A stretch of DNA of 47,778 nucleotides from a bacterium (GTDB taxonomy: Bacteria; Hinthialibacterota; Hinthialibacteria; Hinthialibacterales; Hinthialibacteraceae). Every line of letters begins with the position of its first letter. Position 1 is the stretch's first letter. The translations under genes and the position numbers were made by a program. The stretch lies in the NCBI GenBank assembly GCA_963663405.2, contig CAXXSM010000082.1:1-47778 (forward strand). Reading direction: 5' to 3'. Below are positions 29,684 through 39,214 of the stretch, piece by piece. The notes beneath the pieces were generated by a model, which was not told where the DNA came from, did not search any database, and worked only from the letters and a program-made list of their open reading frames with translations.

Positions 29684-30655
29684 TCACCAATCATTCGAAT
29701 CCACATAGCCTAATTCGCACAGAAGATCCCCCGCGATTTGTTTGAATTGGGTTTTAGCCTCCACGTCCATTTCTGTCTTCCAACGGGCGACGGCTTGGGT
29801 ATTGACGGGATTGCGGAGGTTTTCGTGGAAGGGGTGATCGTCCAGGTAGGCGGGTTGTTCGGTGGTGTGAAATGTGTCTATTAGGCGGTTGTCCATTTCT
29901 TCACCGATGAAATCGAACAACGCGCGCAGCTCCGCTGCTGGATTATTAACCAAGGTTTCATACTGGATTTCCTTGTACCACGGCTGATCCCGGTACTGGA
30001 GCGCCGCGCGGGTCATTTTGTTCCAACGTTCGGCGCATTTCTCCCACGATGGTGTGCCATGCCGGTGAGAACTGCACGCCACATCTCGGCCGTCACGCAC
30101 AATATGAACGAATTTCATGTTTGGGAAATGTATGCGGATATAATCGACATGAAAGACGTTATTCGGATTTTTCTCACTCCACCGGTTTTTTCCCTTACAA
30201 TCGGCGAATGTACGCAAAAACCGCTCGCAAAAGAACGCGAGAGAACTCGTCTGGGCTGCGCATCGCTGAATCGTATCCTTTGAAATCATCAGATTTTCAG
30301 CAATTCTCTCGATGAATAAGTTGGAACTTTTTATCGAAGGGCCAAGAGGGAGAATCTGGAGCAGATATGGAGTCTGACAGAAAAAATTCGTCTCCAGCGC
30401 GCAGGCGATATTCGGATGCGCGTTTAGGACTTTCCAAAGCAGCGTTGTTCCTGAACGGTTCGATCCACCGATGATAATCGGTTCGTCGCTGGACACGTAA
30501 TCCGCCTGCGTCCATCGTTCGAAGGCCGTCAGGATAGTATTAAGACGTTCGAGAATTTCTTTTTTTGAGTTCCCTGTCGTGTAGAGTCCGGCTTCGGGCA
30601 GAGATCCAAGGAATTGATTCGGGCCGGATTGTTGGATGTCGATTTTATAGTTCAT
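29684..30655 (-). CDS. PAPS-dependent sulfotransferase with extra N-terminal domain (paralog 2)
   Basis: GGSNRSGTTLLW, WSEKNP, VRDGRDVACS; collinear with 26496-27464 and both end AGDLLC.LGY..SNDW. Confidence 0.9.
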   Translation of the reverse strand: MNYKIDIQQSGPNQFLGSLPEAGLYTTGNSKKEILERLNTILTAFERWTQADYVSSDEPIIIGGSNRSGTTLLWKVLNAHPNIACALETNFFCQTPYLLQILPLGPSIKSSNLFIERIAENLMISKDTIQRCAAQTSSLAFFCERFLRTFADCKGKNRWSEKNPNNVFHVDYIRIHFPNMKFVHIVRDGRDVACSSHRHGTPSWEKCAERWNKMTRAALQYRDQPWYKEIQYETLVNNPAAELRALFDFIGEEMDNRLIDTFHTTEQPAYLDDHPFHENLRNPVNTQAVARWKTEMDVEAKTQFKQIAGDLLCELGYVDSNDW

Positions 30656-30819
30656 GCTCCATAACCGCGTTGTTTTTCGTGCTTTTCCCCTATGAGAATA
30701 TCCTTGAAATCACTGAAGATCCAAGGGATGATAACAGATACGATTCTATTCATAATCTACGATTCTTCATCAACATTCAATCCATAGAGAGGTATGGATT
30801 ATAAGAATCCGGAGCGCTT

Positions 30820-31911
30820 ATGTCCCCTGTTGATCCTTCTTCAAGCGCGTCTCAAACCATGCGTGAGTTTTTTGCGTCGCAAGTGGAGCGCATTCAAGCG
30901 CATCTTAAACAAGCGGGAAAAATGAAGACGCCGAAATCACGGCCCCGTGTTTTCGTGGCGGTTCATCATGTCAACTGGGAAAAACACGGTATGGTCGACG
31001 CTTGGGCGGAAATCGCCGATATCATTCACTATGATTGGGGGGATCAATACGATCAATTCGCGTCGGATTGGCATGAAAAGGGAAAACCCGCGCTCAGCAA
31101 AGAACTTCCAAGGCGCGTGAAAGAAGCCCACAAAAAAGAGCCGATCGATCTGTTTTTCAGCTACTTGTCTGGACGCTGGGTGTTTCCTCAAACGATCCAT
31201 CAAATCGGCCAATTGGGAATTCCCACCGTTAATATCAGCTTTGATGATAAGATAAAATTTTATGGATTCCGGGAAGCCAGCGGCTTTTCCGGTAACGCAG
31301 AAGTGGCGCCCGCGTTTGATTTTAACGTCACGAGTCAAGCAGCGGCGGATGTTCACCAATACGCGAAAGTAGACGCGCGAGCGGTATTTCTTCCGCCGGG
31401 GGGGAATCCAATGGCGTTTTCTCCTTTACTGATGGAACGGGATATTCCTGTTTCATTCATCGGGCAATGTTACGGGATGCGGCCCAGGATTATCAACTGG
31501 CTGCAAGAGCGGGGCGTTCCAGTTCAAGCATATGGGAAAGGCTGGCCAACAGCTGAAATCTCTCTCGAACGGATGAATGAGATCTATTCCCGTTCGCTAA
31601 TCAATATAGGTTTTGGATTTATCGGCGATTCATCAAATCTGATCGGATTGAAAGGAAGGGATTTCGAAGTTCCCTTGGCTGGTGGGCTTTATCTGACGAC
31701 GTTCAATCCCGAACTGGCGGCTTGTTTTGAAGCGGGTAAAGAGATCGATTTCTATCGCAGCGAAAACGATCTGCTCCAGAAAATTCAATACTATACAGCG
31801 AATCCAGAAATCGCGAAACAAATCGGCGCCGCCGGGCGGGAGCGGAGTCTGCGCAGCCATACATGGAGGAAGCGATTTGAGACGATATTATCGATCGCTG
31901 GTCTGTTGTAA
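30820..31911 (+). CDS. CgeB-like (Glyco_trans_1_2) glycosyltransferase
   Basis: VSFIGQCYGMR, YSRSLINIG, KGRDFEVPLAGGLYLT, HTWRKRF. Confidence 0.85.
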   Translation: MSPVDPSSSASQTMREFFASQVERIQAHLKQAGKMKTPKSRPRVFVAVHHVNWEKHGMVDAWAEIADIIHYDWGDQYDQFASDWHEKGKPALSKELPRRVKEAHKKEPIDLFFSYLSGRWVFPQTIHQIGQLGIPTVNISFDDKIKFYGFREASGFSGNAEVAPAFDFNVTSQAAADVHQYAKVDARAVFLPPGGNPMAFSPLLMERDIPVSFIGQCYGMRPRIINWLQERGVPVQAYGKGWPTAEISLERMNEIYSRSLINIGFGFIGDSSNLIGLKGRDFEVPLAGGLYLTTFNPELAACFEAGKEIDFYRSENDLLQKIQYYTANPEIAKQIGAAGRERSLRSHTWRKRFETILSIAGLL

Positions 31912-31916
31912 GTTCG

Positions 31917-32708
31917 TTATTGCTCTGGGAAATAACTTAACGAAGCGTCGTATCGCAATCGAAGAACTTTGATTTCTTTGATGAATTTCAGGCTCTTTTT
32001 GCGTATGTCCACAGCCGCTTCGCCGATCATTTCATTCACTTTTTTCGATAGTAATTTATACTCTTCTTCCGTCTCCGCCGTTGACGCGACCCAGATGCGG
32101 GGGAGATTTTCACCGATTGTGATTTCTCCACAGGTCATATTGATGGGGACCTTTTTTTCTTTATATAAAGAACTGTACTCTCCCAGAATGCCTTTGAAAT
32201 CCATTGTTGTTCCAGGATAAAGCAGGAAATCCCACACTTCACAGTAACAGGACTTTTCGGGATCGAATCTATGAGCGGGATTTTCGGGGATATACCTAAA
32301 CTCATTGAGCAACGATCCAAGCGCGGTGGAACTGGATTCAGCGCATTCATATGTGCGTTTCATAACGGGAAGCATTTTTTCTCCCGATTTTTTAAACAAT
32401 TTCATGAATTCGGCGTCTATCGCATCCAAATCGGCCTGGGAATGGAGACGGATGCAATATAGGAATTGATTCATCTCCACATACGTTTCCCATGCGAATG
32501 GGAATTTGCATTCGGCCATGATGGCGTTGAATTCCTTCACCGCTTCCCGGTATTCCGGAATTTTATCAAATTCCACATTCTCTTTGATATAAAACGCAAA
32601 TTTCGGCAATTCCACTTCTTCTGAAGCGATCGCCAATCCCCCCGCCTGCAAGCAAACAGCGGTCACTAGCAACAATAGAAGCGTCACTTTCAACTGAGAT
32701 TTCATCAT
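31917..32708 (-). CDS. Secreted hypothetical protein (possibly dimeric alpha/beta-barrel)
   Basis: Hydrophobic signal-like N-terminus; long ORF with apparent internal two-domain symmetry; no catalytic motif recognised. Confidence 0.55.
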   Translation of the reverse strand: MMKSQLKVTLLLLLVTAVCLQAGGLAIASEEVELPKFAFYIKENVEFDKIPEYREAVKEFNAIMAECKFPFAWETYVEMNQFLYCIRLHSQADLDAIDAEFMKLFKKSGEKMLPVMKRTYECAESSSTALGSLLNEFRYIPENPAHRFDPEKSCYCEVWDFLLYPGTTMDFKGILGEYSSLYKEKKVPINMTCGEITIGENLPRIWVASTAETEEEYKLLSKKVNEMIGEAAVDIRKKSLKFIKEIKVLRLRYDASLSYFPEQ

Positions 32709-32923
32709 ATTCTCCATTTCAAAGATTTTCATATCTAAAATTGGACGCGTAAACGGCGGTACGATAACATAGTGAGGATTATATGGATAGAGGAAAGAAT
32801 TGATTTATCTATTTAATCTTATATGTAATGAGACGGATTAATATACTCCCATTGATCCATTCATTAAGAATCGGAAAAGAATGTATAATAGCCATTTATC
32901 ATAGGCATGAATGCGCTCAATTA

Positions 32924-35071
32924 ATGAAAATCTTCTACATCAACGTCATCGAGCAGAACGACGGTTGGGGATCGGAAGTGTTTGTGAACCGGGGCTTCCA
33001 AGCGCTTGGGCATGAGACGTTTACGCTCGATTATCGCCAACACCGTGAACGATTGGCGTCGAAATTTCTCGAAGTTCCTGATTTTGACGCGTTGTTTCTT
33101 CAGCGGGGGGATTATTTTCCTTTGGAATTATTGCAGTGCTGCTCCCGGCCGTGTTTGTTCTGGGCGAGTGAGTTGGTCTCCCGCCGCCGCGATCAGGATC
33201 GGCTTTTTCAGTGTGGCCTGTTCGATCATATTTTCGTTCGCACTCCTCAATGCAAGAAGGCGGTTGTCCAAAAACGATGGGCCGATCCTGAGAAAATCAG
33301 TATTTTACTCAGTGGTTTTGATGAACGGACGCATCGAAAATTAGATGGCGTTACGAAAGAAATCGATGTCCTGTTCGTTGGTTCGATGACTCCAAGGCGC
33401 CGGATGATACTCGACCGTCTGAAACAGAAATTCAACGTTGAAATCATGCAGGTCTTTGGAGAAGAGATGGCGCGAGCCTTTAATCGCGCAAAAATCGTAT
33501 TAAATCTGCATGCGGAGGCCCATCTCGACACGGAAACTAGAGTGTTTGAAGCCTTGGGGGCTGGAACTTTTCTTGTTTCGGAAACATTGTCTGAAGAAAA
33601 TCCCTTACAATCTGGCATTCACTTTCTTGAAGCCTCTACCCTGGCGGAAATGGAACAGATTATCGAGCGGTATCTGGGGAATGAAACCGAACGTGAACGA
33701 ATCGCCCATGCTGGTCATCAAGAGGCGATTACTCATCATTCTTACACTGCCCGAGCGGCGTATATCGCGAGTGTGATTCAAGACCTGCTGCCGGAAACAA
33801 AACCAACAGTCCCCGCCATTGACCGGAACCGGTTACAGGAATTGGAGAAGCTCGAACAGGCGAATCCGCACCAGAACCAAACTGCCCAATCCGCGCTTCG
33901 AATTGAAATGCGACCGGTAAAACTTCGCGTTGGGATTGTAACCACGTGGTTCGAGCGGGGCGCCGCATATGTTTCCCGGCAATATAAACAGGCGTTGGAA
34001 ACGGAATGCGATGTATTTGTCTTTGCCCGTGGTGGAGAAACCTACGCGGCGGGGGATCCAGTTTGGGACGATGAGAAGGTTACATGGGCGAAAAAACCAC
34101 AATCCGCGATATCGACCGCCTTTGATCTGAAAGAATTTCGGGATTGGATCCAACGGAACCAAATCAATGTGATTCTATTCAACGAACAGCATTGGTGGCC
34201 GCCGGTTTTGGCTTGCGCGCAATCTGGAATTAAAATCGGCTCCTATGTGGATTACTATACAGAACAGACGATACCACTTTTTCAATGCTACGATTTTCTG
34301 TTATGCAATACCTACCGGCATTATTCGGCGTTTGATTGGCATCCGCAAGCGGTTCATATCCCCTGGGGCACGGCGCTCGATCTCTTTCAACCGGTTTCCT
34401 TCTCCCCTGTTGAGCCGGGAATCGTTACTTTTTTCCATTCCGCCGGTCTCAATCCATCCCGCAAGGGGACCGATCAGTTGCTGCAAGCGTTTTCCGGGCT
34501 GGATGGCCCAGCCCGGCTCGTGATCCATTCGCAAGTTAGTCTTGCTTCGTATTTTCCTCATCTTTCAGGACTTATCAAGAATCTAGAAAAGGAAAACCGT
34601 CTGATCCGCCATGAAAAAACCGTTACGGCTCCGGGGCTTTATCACCTGGGAGACGTCTACGTCTACCCGTCCCGTTTGGAAGGACTTGGTTTGACGGTGG
34701 CGGAAGCGCTCGCGTGTGGATTGCCCGTGATAACCTGCGATAACGCTCCCATGAATGAGTTTATCGATGAAAGCAGTGGAGTGACCGTTCCAATTACACG
34801 CCTGTTCGCGCGTCACGATGGGTATTATTGGCCGCAGTGCCTAGTGGATATTGAGGCTCTGCGTTCGGCGATGCGAAAATACATAGACGAATTCGATGCG
34901 CTGGAAATGAAAAAAAGAGCCGCCCGACAACATGCGGAAAAACACCTCGATTGGTGGAAAAATACAGAAAATCTTCCCCGCTTACTAAATGAATTCAAAA
35001 TCATTCCCCCACATGAAAAAGAAGTGGCGTTCCGGCAGGCTCAGCTTTTTGAACAACGCCGTCATCGATAG
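32924..35071 (+). CDS. Two-domain glycosyltransferase (CgeB-like + GT4-like)
   Basis: N-part: DVLFVGS, AKIVLNLH, TRVFEALGAG. C-part: VTTWFERGAAYVS, RKGTD, YVYPSRLEGLGLTVAEALACGLPVIT. Confidence 0.88.
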   Translation: MKIFYINVIEQNDGWGSEVFVNRGFQALGHETFTLDYRQHRERLASKFLEVPDFDALFLQRGDYFPLELLQCCSRPCLFWASELVSRRRDQDRLFQCGLFDHIFVRTPQCKKAVVQKRWADPEKISILLSGFDERTHRKLDGVTKEIDVLFVGSMTPRRRMILDRLKQKFNVEIMQVFGEEMARAFNRAKIVLNLHAEAHLDTETRVFEALGAGTFLVSETLSEENPLQSGIHFLEASTLAEMEQIIERYLGNETERERIAHAGHQEAITHHSYTARAAYIASVIQDLLPETKPTVPAIDRNRLQELEKLEQANPHQNQTAQSALRIEMRPVKLRVGIVTTWFERGAAYVSRQYKQALETECDVFVFARGGETYAAGDPVWDDEKVTWAKKPQSAISTAFDLKEFRDWIQRNQINVILFNEQHWWPPVLACAQSGIKIGSYVDYYTEQTIPLFQCYDFLLCNTYRHYSAFDWHPQAVHIPWGTALDLFQPVSFSPVEPGIVTFFHSAGLNPSRKGTDQLLQAFSGLDGPARLVIHSQVSLASYFPHLSGLIKNLEKENRLIRHEKTVTAPGLYHLGDVYVYPSRLEGLGLTVAEALACGLPVITCDNAPMNEFIDESSGVTVPITRLFARHDGYYWPQCLVDIEALRSAMRKYIDEFDALEMKKRAARQHAEKHLDWWKNTENLPRLLNEFKIIPPHEKEVAFRQAQLFEQRRHR

Positions 35072-35128
35072 CGGTTTTGGATTGCTCTGATTTTATGGCG
35101 ATTGAAATTTCAGGAATGATTAATCTTC

Positions 35129-35446
35129 CTAGTTTATCCCTTGGAAGATTCTTTTGGCTTCTTCGTAGTCCATAGGTTCATCGCTGGTTTCCGTATCGGT
35201 AGAATCTTCTATATAAGTTTCGTTTTCAGGGGTAGTTGTTTCTGTTTCATTTTTTACGCTAAAGATCACTTTTACCGCAAGTAGAAGAAAGAAAAAAACC
35301 ATAATCATCAGTAAAATAAGGAAATTTCCCCGCGAGCGATACCAAGGTTTGGTAGAAGGAGGCGCATAGGAGGTGGATCCGGGCCTCAATACGCTGACAA
35401 ACTTATCTTTGGTTGAGATTCGATGTTTAGTGAAATCATGCCGCAT
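35129..35446 (-). CDS. Small single-TM hypothetical protein
   Basis: 105 aa; one strongly hydrophobic segment followed by an acidic Thr/Glu tail. Confidence 0.55.
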   Translation of the reverse strand: MRHDFTKHRISTKDKFVSVLRPGSTSYAPPSTKPWYRSRGNFLILLMIMVFFFLLLAVKVIFSVKNETETTTPENETYIEDSTDTETSDEPMDYEEAKRIFQGIN

Positions 35447-35637
35447 GTTTTATTCTTTCTTTTCTTCTTGTTTTCGATTCCGCGGGGGATGACATTTTTA
35501 TCGAACGGGGTAGAATTAAATTTCACCTTTCGTTAATAAGGTCATTGGCGGTTACTTGTTATTTTAACAGAAACGTCAGGTTAAAAAATCACTGGGAATA
35601 AAAGTCAAAAGGTTTTTTAAATCCAGTGAAATAAAGC

Positions 35638-35667
35638 TTGACAAAATCAGAGGATAGCCGCTATATT
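35638..35667 (+). promoter_or_regulatory. Sigma70 promoter for the tRNA pair
   Basis: TTGACA-N18-TATATT ending 19 nt before tRNA-Val. Confidence 0.7.
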
Positions 35668-35685
35668 ATCTCCTGGGAAAACGCT

Positions 35686-35760
35686 GGGCGAGTAGCTCAG
35701 ATTGGTTAGAGCGCCTGCCTTACAAGCAGGAGGCCGCAGGTTCGATTCCTGTCTTGCCCA
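35686..35760 (+). tRNA. tRNA-Val (TAC)
   Basis: Acceptor GGGCGAG/CTTGCCC, anticodon arm CCTGC-CTTACAA-GCAGG, T-loop GGTTCGATTCC; CCA not encoded. Confidence 0.95.
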
Positions 35761-35794
35761 AATCATTCGCGGGAGGAAATGGAAGAAAAAAATC

Positions 35795-35872
35795 GGGGCC
35801 GTAGTTCAGTTTGGTTAGAATGCCTGACTGTCGATCAGGAGGTCGCGAGTTCGAGTCTCGTCGGCCCCGCCA
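35795..35872 (+). tRNA. tRNA-Asp (GTC)
   Basis: Acceptor GGGGCCG/CGGCCCC, discriminator G plus encoded CCA, anticodon arm CCTGA-CTGTCGA-TCAGG, GTTCGAGT T-loop. Confidence 0.95.
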
Positions 35873-35928
35873 TTTCCTCCCTCGAATGCCGTGATGGGAC
35901 TATTACCACAACAGGAGGTAGTACGGAA

Positions 35929-36762
35929 GTGACTTTTAAAACCCCTGCCTATACATTTCTTCTCATTGGCCTGATCGGCGTTTTATTGATTCCGGAATGC
36001 TCCGCGCAAGGGCGTAATGACGCGGCCGTTTTTGTTCTTGATTTCGAACTGACTGACGCGGACACCCAATTCAGTTCCACGATTGAAGAGGCTCCTGTTT
36101 TTCAAGAAGATGAAGGAACGCCACCCCGCACGTTTTTTAACGCTACCTTAGTATTAAAAGACGCAGTCGATCTGATTGGGATTAATTGTGACCTCATCTT
36201 TGATCCAGCTGTATTACAGGTCGTCGAGATTCATGAGTCGCTGGGTGATTTAAATTTTGATGGGCGTTCGAATATTGCGGATATTCTAGTATTGGGAGAA
36301 CGATTCAACCAATCCACGAGTGAAAACGGCTATGCGTTTTTTGACCGCAGTATTGAAGGAACGAGCGCAGGAGTGATTGATGTTCTGGATATACAAGCCG
36401 TAGAATCCTACTTGGGTGAGAATCCGATTTATTGGACTAGTAATTCCAATTACGATCTAACCACTATAAAAGAAAGCGTTGAAATCTTTGAATCTCCAGA
36501 AATCAGCAACGCGAACGGTAAAATCGATGATATTGTCGCGGTTTTGTTATCCCGGGCGCATCCCGTTCCTGATGATTTTGGATTTAATGGAGATGCGAGA
36601 ATTGCCGATATTACCTTTGAAGTCGTCGGGGATATTTCCGGTGGCACGGAAATACGGTTCGAAGACACAATGGCGGTTGACGAAGGATCTGTGATATCTT
36701 TGACGGATGTAACGAACGCAAGCAGCCCATCCGCGCCAAATATCACAATTATTAAACCTTAG
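35929..36762 (+). CDS. Secreted cohesin-domain protein with an inserted dockerin-like module
   Basis: AGGAGG + GTG start, signal peptide; cohesin strands DLIGINCDLIFDPAVLQVV and NGDARIADITFEVVG; dockerin GDLNFDGRSNIADILVL...GVIDVLDIQAV. Confidence 0.7.
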   Translation: MTFKTPAYTFLLIGLIGVLLIPECSAQGRNDAAVFVLDFELTDADTQFSSTIEEAPVFQEDEGTPPRTFFNATLVLKDAVDLIGINCDLIFDPAVLQVVEIHESLGDLNFDGRSNIADILVLGERFNQSTSENGYAFFDRSIEGTSAGVIDVLDIQAVESYLGENPIYWTSNSNYDLTTIKESVEIFESPEISNANGKIDDIVAVLLSRAHPVPDDFGFNGDARIADITFEVVGDISGGTEIRFEDTMAVDEGSVISLTDVTNASSPSAPNITIIKP

Positions 36763-36901
36763 AGAAAACGCCTGTCCTATTTTTTTTCGTTTTTTTTGTT
36801 AAAAAGACTAGAAATTTGTGTCCATTTGTCGTATTGTATCTCAAGCAATAATTTTCAATCTTTTGAAACTAAAAGGTTTATCTTATAATGGAGGCATATT
36901 G

Positions 36902-39187
36902 ATGCGCGCAAAAACCTTGCTTATGCTGGTCTTCTCACTCTCATTGGTCTGTGCGATGGGCTTGCTCCCAGGGAACATAGCCTGGGCGCAGGAGACCCCG
37001 GCCGAGACGCCTACTATGGCGCCGGAAACTCCCACAGAGGTACCGATTCCACCGACAGAAGTTCCTACGGAGGTCCCTGTTGTACCTACGGAACCTTCTG
37101 TGGAAACTCCGACGGAAGTGCCCGTTCAACCCACGGAACCTCCTGTGGAAACTCCAACGGAGGCGCCTCCAACCGAAGTTCCGGTCCCAACTGAAAGCCC
37201 GGTGGAAGTTCCTGAATTGATCATCGGCGCCGCTGGAGGCAATGTCGGCGATGAGATCGCGGTTCAGATTTCAGTGGCGAACGCGCAGGATGTTGACGCG
37301 TTTGGTTTTGATATTCTCCAATCCAACAATATATTATCACTTGTTGGTGTTGAAACGGCTGGCACATTGACCGAAGCGTTTCAACTGGTTGACGCGCAAG
37401 CGTTGACGGATCCCGCTGGCGCTGTCCGGGTTGGCGCCGCTGGCGGTGTGGACGCGGTTGTCAATGGCGATGGTGTTCTTCTTACGGTTACCTTCCTTGC
37501 GGATGCCGCGGGTGAAACCACACTTTCTATTGTCGATATCGTTGACGATTTGGCCGGCGCGGTTGTGACAGGCGCGGTTGTGACGGTGGCTGAAGTGGTT
37601 CCACCGACGGAAACACCAGTTGAAACACCGGTTCCGACGGAAACGCCAGTTGAAACCCCAGTGCCGACAGAAGTTCCTCCAACCGTCGTTCCGCCGACAG
37701 AAGTACCTCCGACGGAAACGCCAGTTGAAACCCCGGTACCGACGGAGACACCAGTTGAAACTCCAGTACCGACTGAGGTTCCGACAGAAATTCCTCCGAC
37801 AGAAACAGCGGTCGAAACTCCAGTTCCAACGGAAACTGCTGTAGAGACTCCAATCCCGACGGAGGTTCCTCCGACAGGGACACCAAAACCGACTACTGTT
37901 GGAACGCCGGTTGTTATTCCAACTCTAACACCGACCCCGACGGCGTTGACGATTAATCCCGCTCTCGGTCTCGTTGCTTTGGATGAACTGGGCGGCACCT
38001 ATCCACGTGGCGCGGCGGTTCATAACTTCGATATCGGTATCTCGAACGAATTTGGCAACATGGTCGCTCCGGGAGTCTTTGACGGTCTACCCGATCCAGT
38101 CGCTCTTGGACCGTTCCTCTTCATTGATGGTGTGCCGATTCCAATCGCGAAAGATATGGAATTTACAGGCGAAACTCTTCCCGTCGCGGAAGGTGGGAAT
38201 GGATCAGAAGGCGCGTACTTCCTCCTCGGTGGAAATATCTCGACCTTGCCGCCTGTCAATCCAAGACTTGGAGCCACTGGTGGACCAAATCGCGGCGGTA
38301 TCGATATGGACAACGATCCGTCTAATAACTATCCATTCCCCGACTATACCGGTGATATTGTCCCGGTTCTCTATCATCCAGAGGGGGATAGTGGATACTA
38401 TAGTTCCCCGTTGGTTGACCTTGAGCCGGCTGGTAACGCTGGATTCTATGTCCTCGACGTATATGGCCGTATCTACGCGGAAGGTGACGCGCTAGAAGCC
38501 TTGGATACAACTGTTACCTTAACGGAAGGCTCGAAAGCTGTTGGCTTGAAAGTGTATCGTGGCGCCGCTGTTGATCTTACCAATAGCCAGTATAGCGCTG
38601 ACCTGATCGGAACGGGCGCGTATGTGCTTGATTCGAAGGGTGGTATACATGTTGTGGGAACAGCTCCCGCAGTCATCATGGATGATATTGCCATCGTTCC
38701 GCAAGATGGTCCGGCTGGTGTCTACGTTGACATCGAGTTTATGCCGAACCCAGCGGGTGATGGATACATGGGCCTCGCGATTCTGACCGGTGATGGCGCG
38801 ATCTCCTTCGCTCCATTCGAAGGTGTGGATGTGCCGTTGGGCAGCGATGTCTTCATCCGCAATATTTCACCGTTTGGTAACTTGCAATACCTGTTCCCAT
38901 TCAATATCGCCAGAGACATTGAACTAACGCTTAATGATTCTCCGCTTTATGGTCTGGATGCGCAGGGGAACACGATAGTCAGTGATTCTATCAATATTGG
39001 TTTCTTCATGTTCGATGGTTATGGTGGAACTCATACAGGTGGTGATGCGACTCGGTATGCTCCGGCTTACGGTGTTGGCGATCGTATCATCGATGGTTTC
39101 CCAGCCATGCCATTCCCGGTCACAATTCCATACTTCGGCGTGGATGTGACGAAGGATGTTGAACTTAGCTGGCCAGTACAACGCTGA
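36902..39187 (+). CDS. Secreted protein: PT/E linker - cohesin - PT/E linker - repeat (propeller-like) domain
   Basis: GGAGG + ATG, signal ending AWA-Q; cohesin VGDEIAVQISVANAQDVDAFGFDI...NGDGVLLTVTF; five G-x-x-x-L-D-x-x-G-type repeats in the C-terminal half. Confidence 0.75.
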   Translation: MRAKTLLMLVFSLSLVCAMGLLPGNIAWAQETPAETPTMAPETPTEVPIPPTEVPTEVPVVPTEPSVETPTEVPVQPTEPPVETPTEAPPTEVPVPTESPVEVPELIIGAAGGNVGDEIAVQISVANAQDVDAFGFDILQSNNILSLVGVETAGTLTEAFQLVDAQALTDPAGAVRVGAAGGVDAVVNGDGVLLTVTFLADAAGETTLSIVDIVDDLAGAVVTGAVVTVAEVVPPTETPVETPVPTETPVETPVPTEVPPTVVPPTEVPPTETPVETPVPTETPVETPVPTEVPTEIPPTETAVETPVPTETAVETPIPTEVPPTGTPKPTTVGTPVVIPTLTPTPTALTINPALGLVALDELGGTYPRGAAVHNFDIGISNEFGNMVAPGVFDGLPDPVALGPFLFIDGVPIPIAKDMEFTGETLPVAEGGNGSEGAYFLLGGNISTLPPVNPRLGATGGPNRGGIDMDNDPSNNYPFPDYTGDIVPVLYHPEGDSGYYSSPLVDLEPAGNAGFYVLDVYGRIYAEGDALEALDTTVTLTEGSKAVGLKVYRGAAVDLTNSQYSADLIGTGAYVLDSKGGIHVVGTAPAVIMDDIAIVPQDGPAGVYVDIEFMPNPAGDGYMGLAILTGDGAISFAPFEGVDVPLGSDVFIRNISPFGNLQYLFPFNIARDIELTLNDSPLYGLDAQGNTIVSDSINIGFFMFDGYGGTHTGGDATRYAPAYGVGDRIIDGFPAMPFPVTIPYFGVDVTKDVELSWPVQR
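37600..37945 (+). repeat. Coding tandem repeats (PTETPVETPV / PTEVP); a similar tract lies at ~36990-37213
   Basis: Imperfect 15/30-nt units such as CCGACGGAAACACCAGTTGAAACACCGGTT. Confidence 0.85.
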
Positions 39188-39214
39188 TTCAACGCCCTAT
39201 AACTCAAATGAATC

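Noticed and set aside
35589-35629. Inverted repeat TCACTGG...CCAGTGA upstream of the tRNA promoter
   Set aside because: Only 7 bp with a long AT-rich spacer; could be chance.
35686-35872. tRNAs as an integration site for a prophage or island
   Set aside because: No integrase and no duplicated tRNA 3' end seen in the window.
35779-35928. N-terminal extension of the cohesin/dockerin ORF
   Set aside because: Runs through tRNA-Asp; a better start is GTG 35929 with an AGGAGG RBS and signal peptide.
37381-37998. Minus-strand GTGVST-repeat ORF, and a possible CRISPR-like repeat array
   Set aside because: Mirror of the coding PTETPV repeats; units vary at third codon positions and there are no unique spacers.
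39160-39187. C-terminus ELSWPVQR (also NLEWVKAGD at 46083 and GLWAIVEL at 42723) as further W-motif examples
   Set aside because: Trp is not at position -4 and there is no terminal aromatic/His; these look like parts of the folds.
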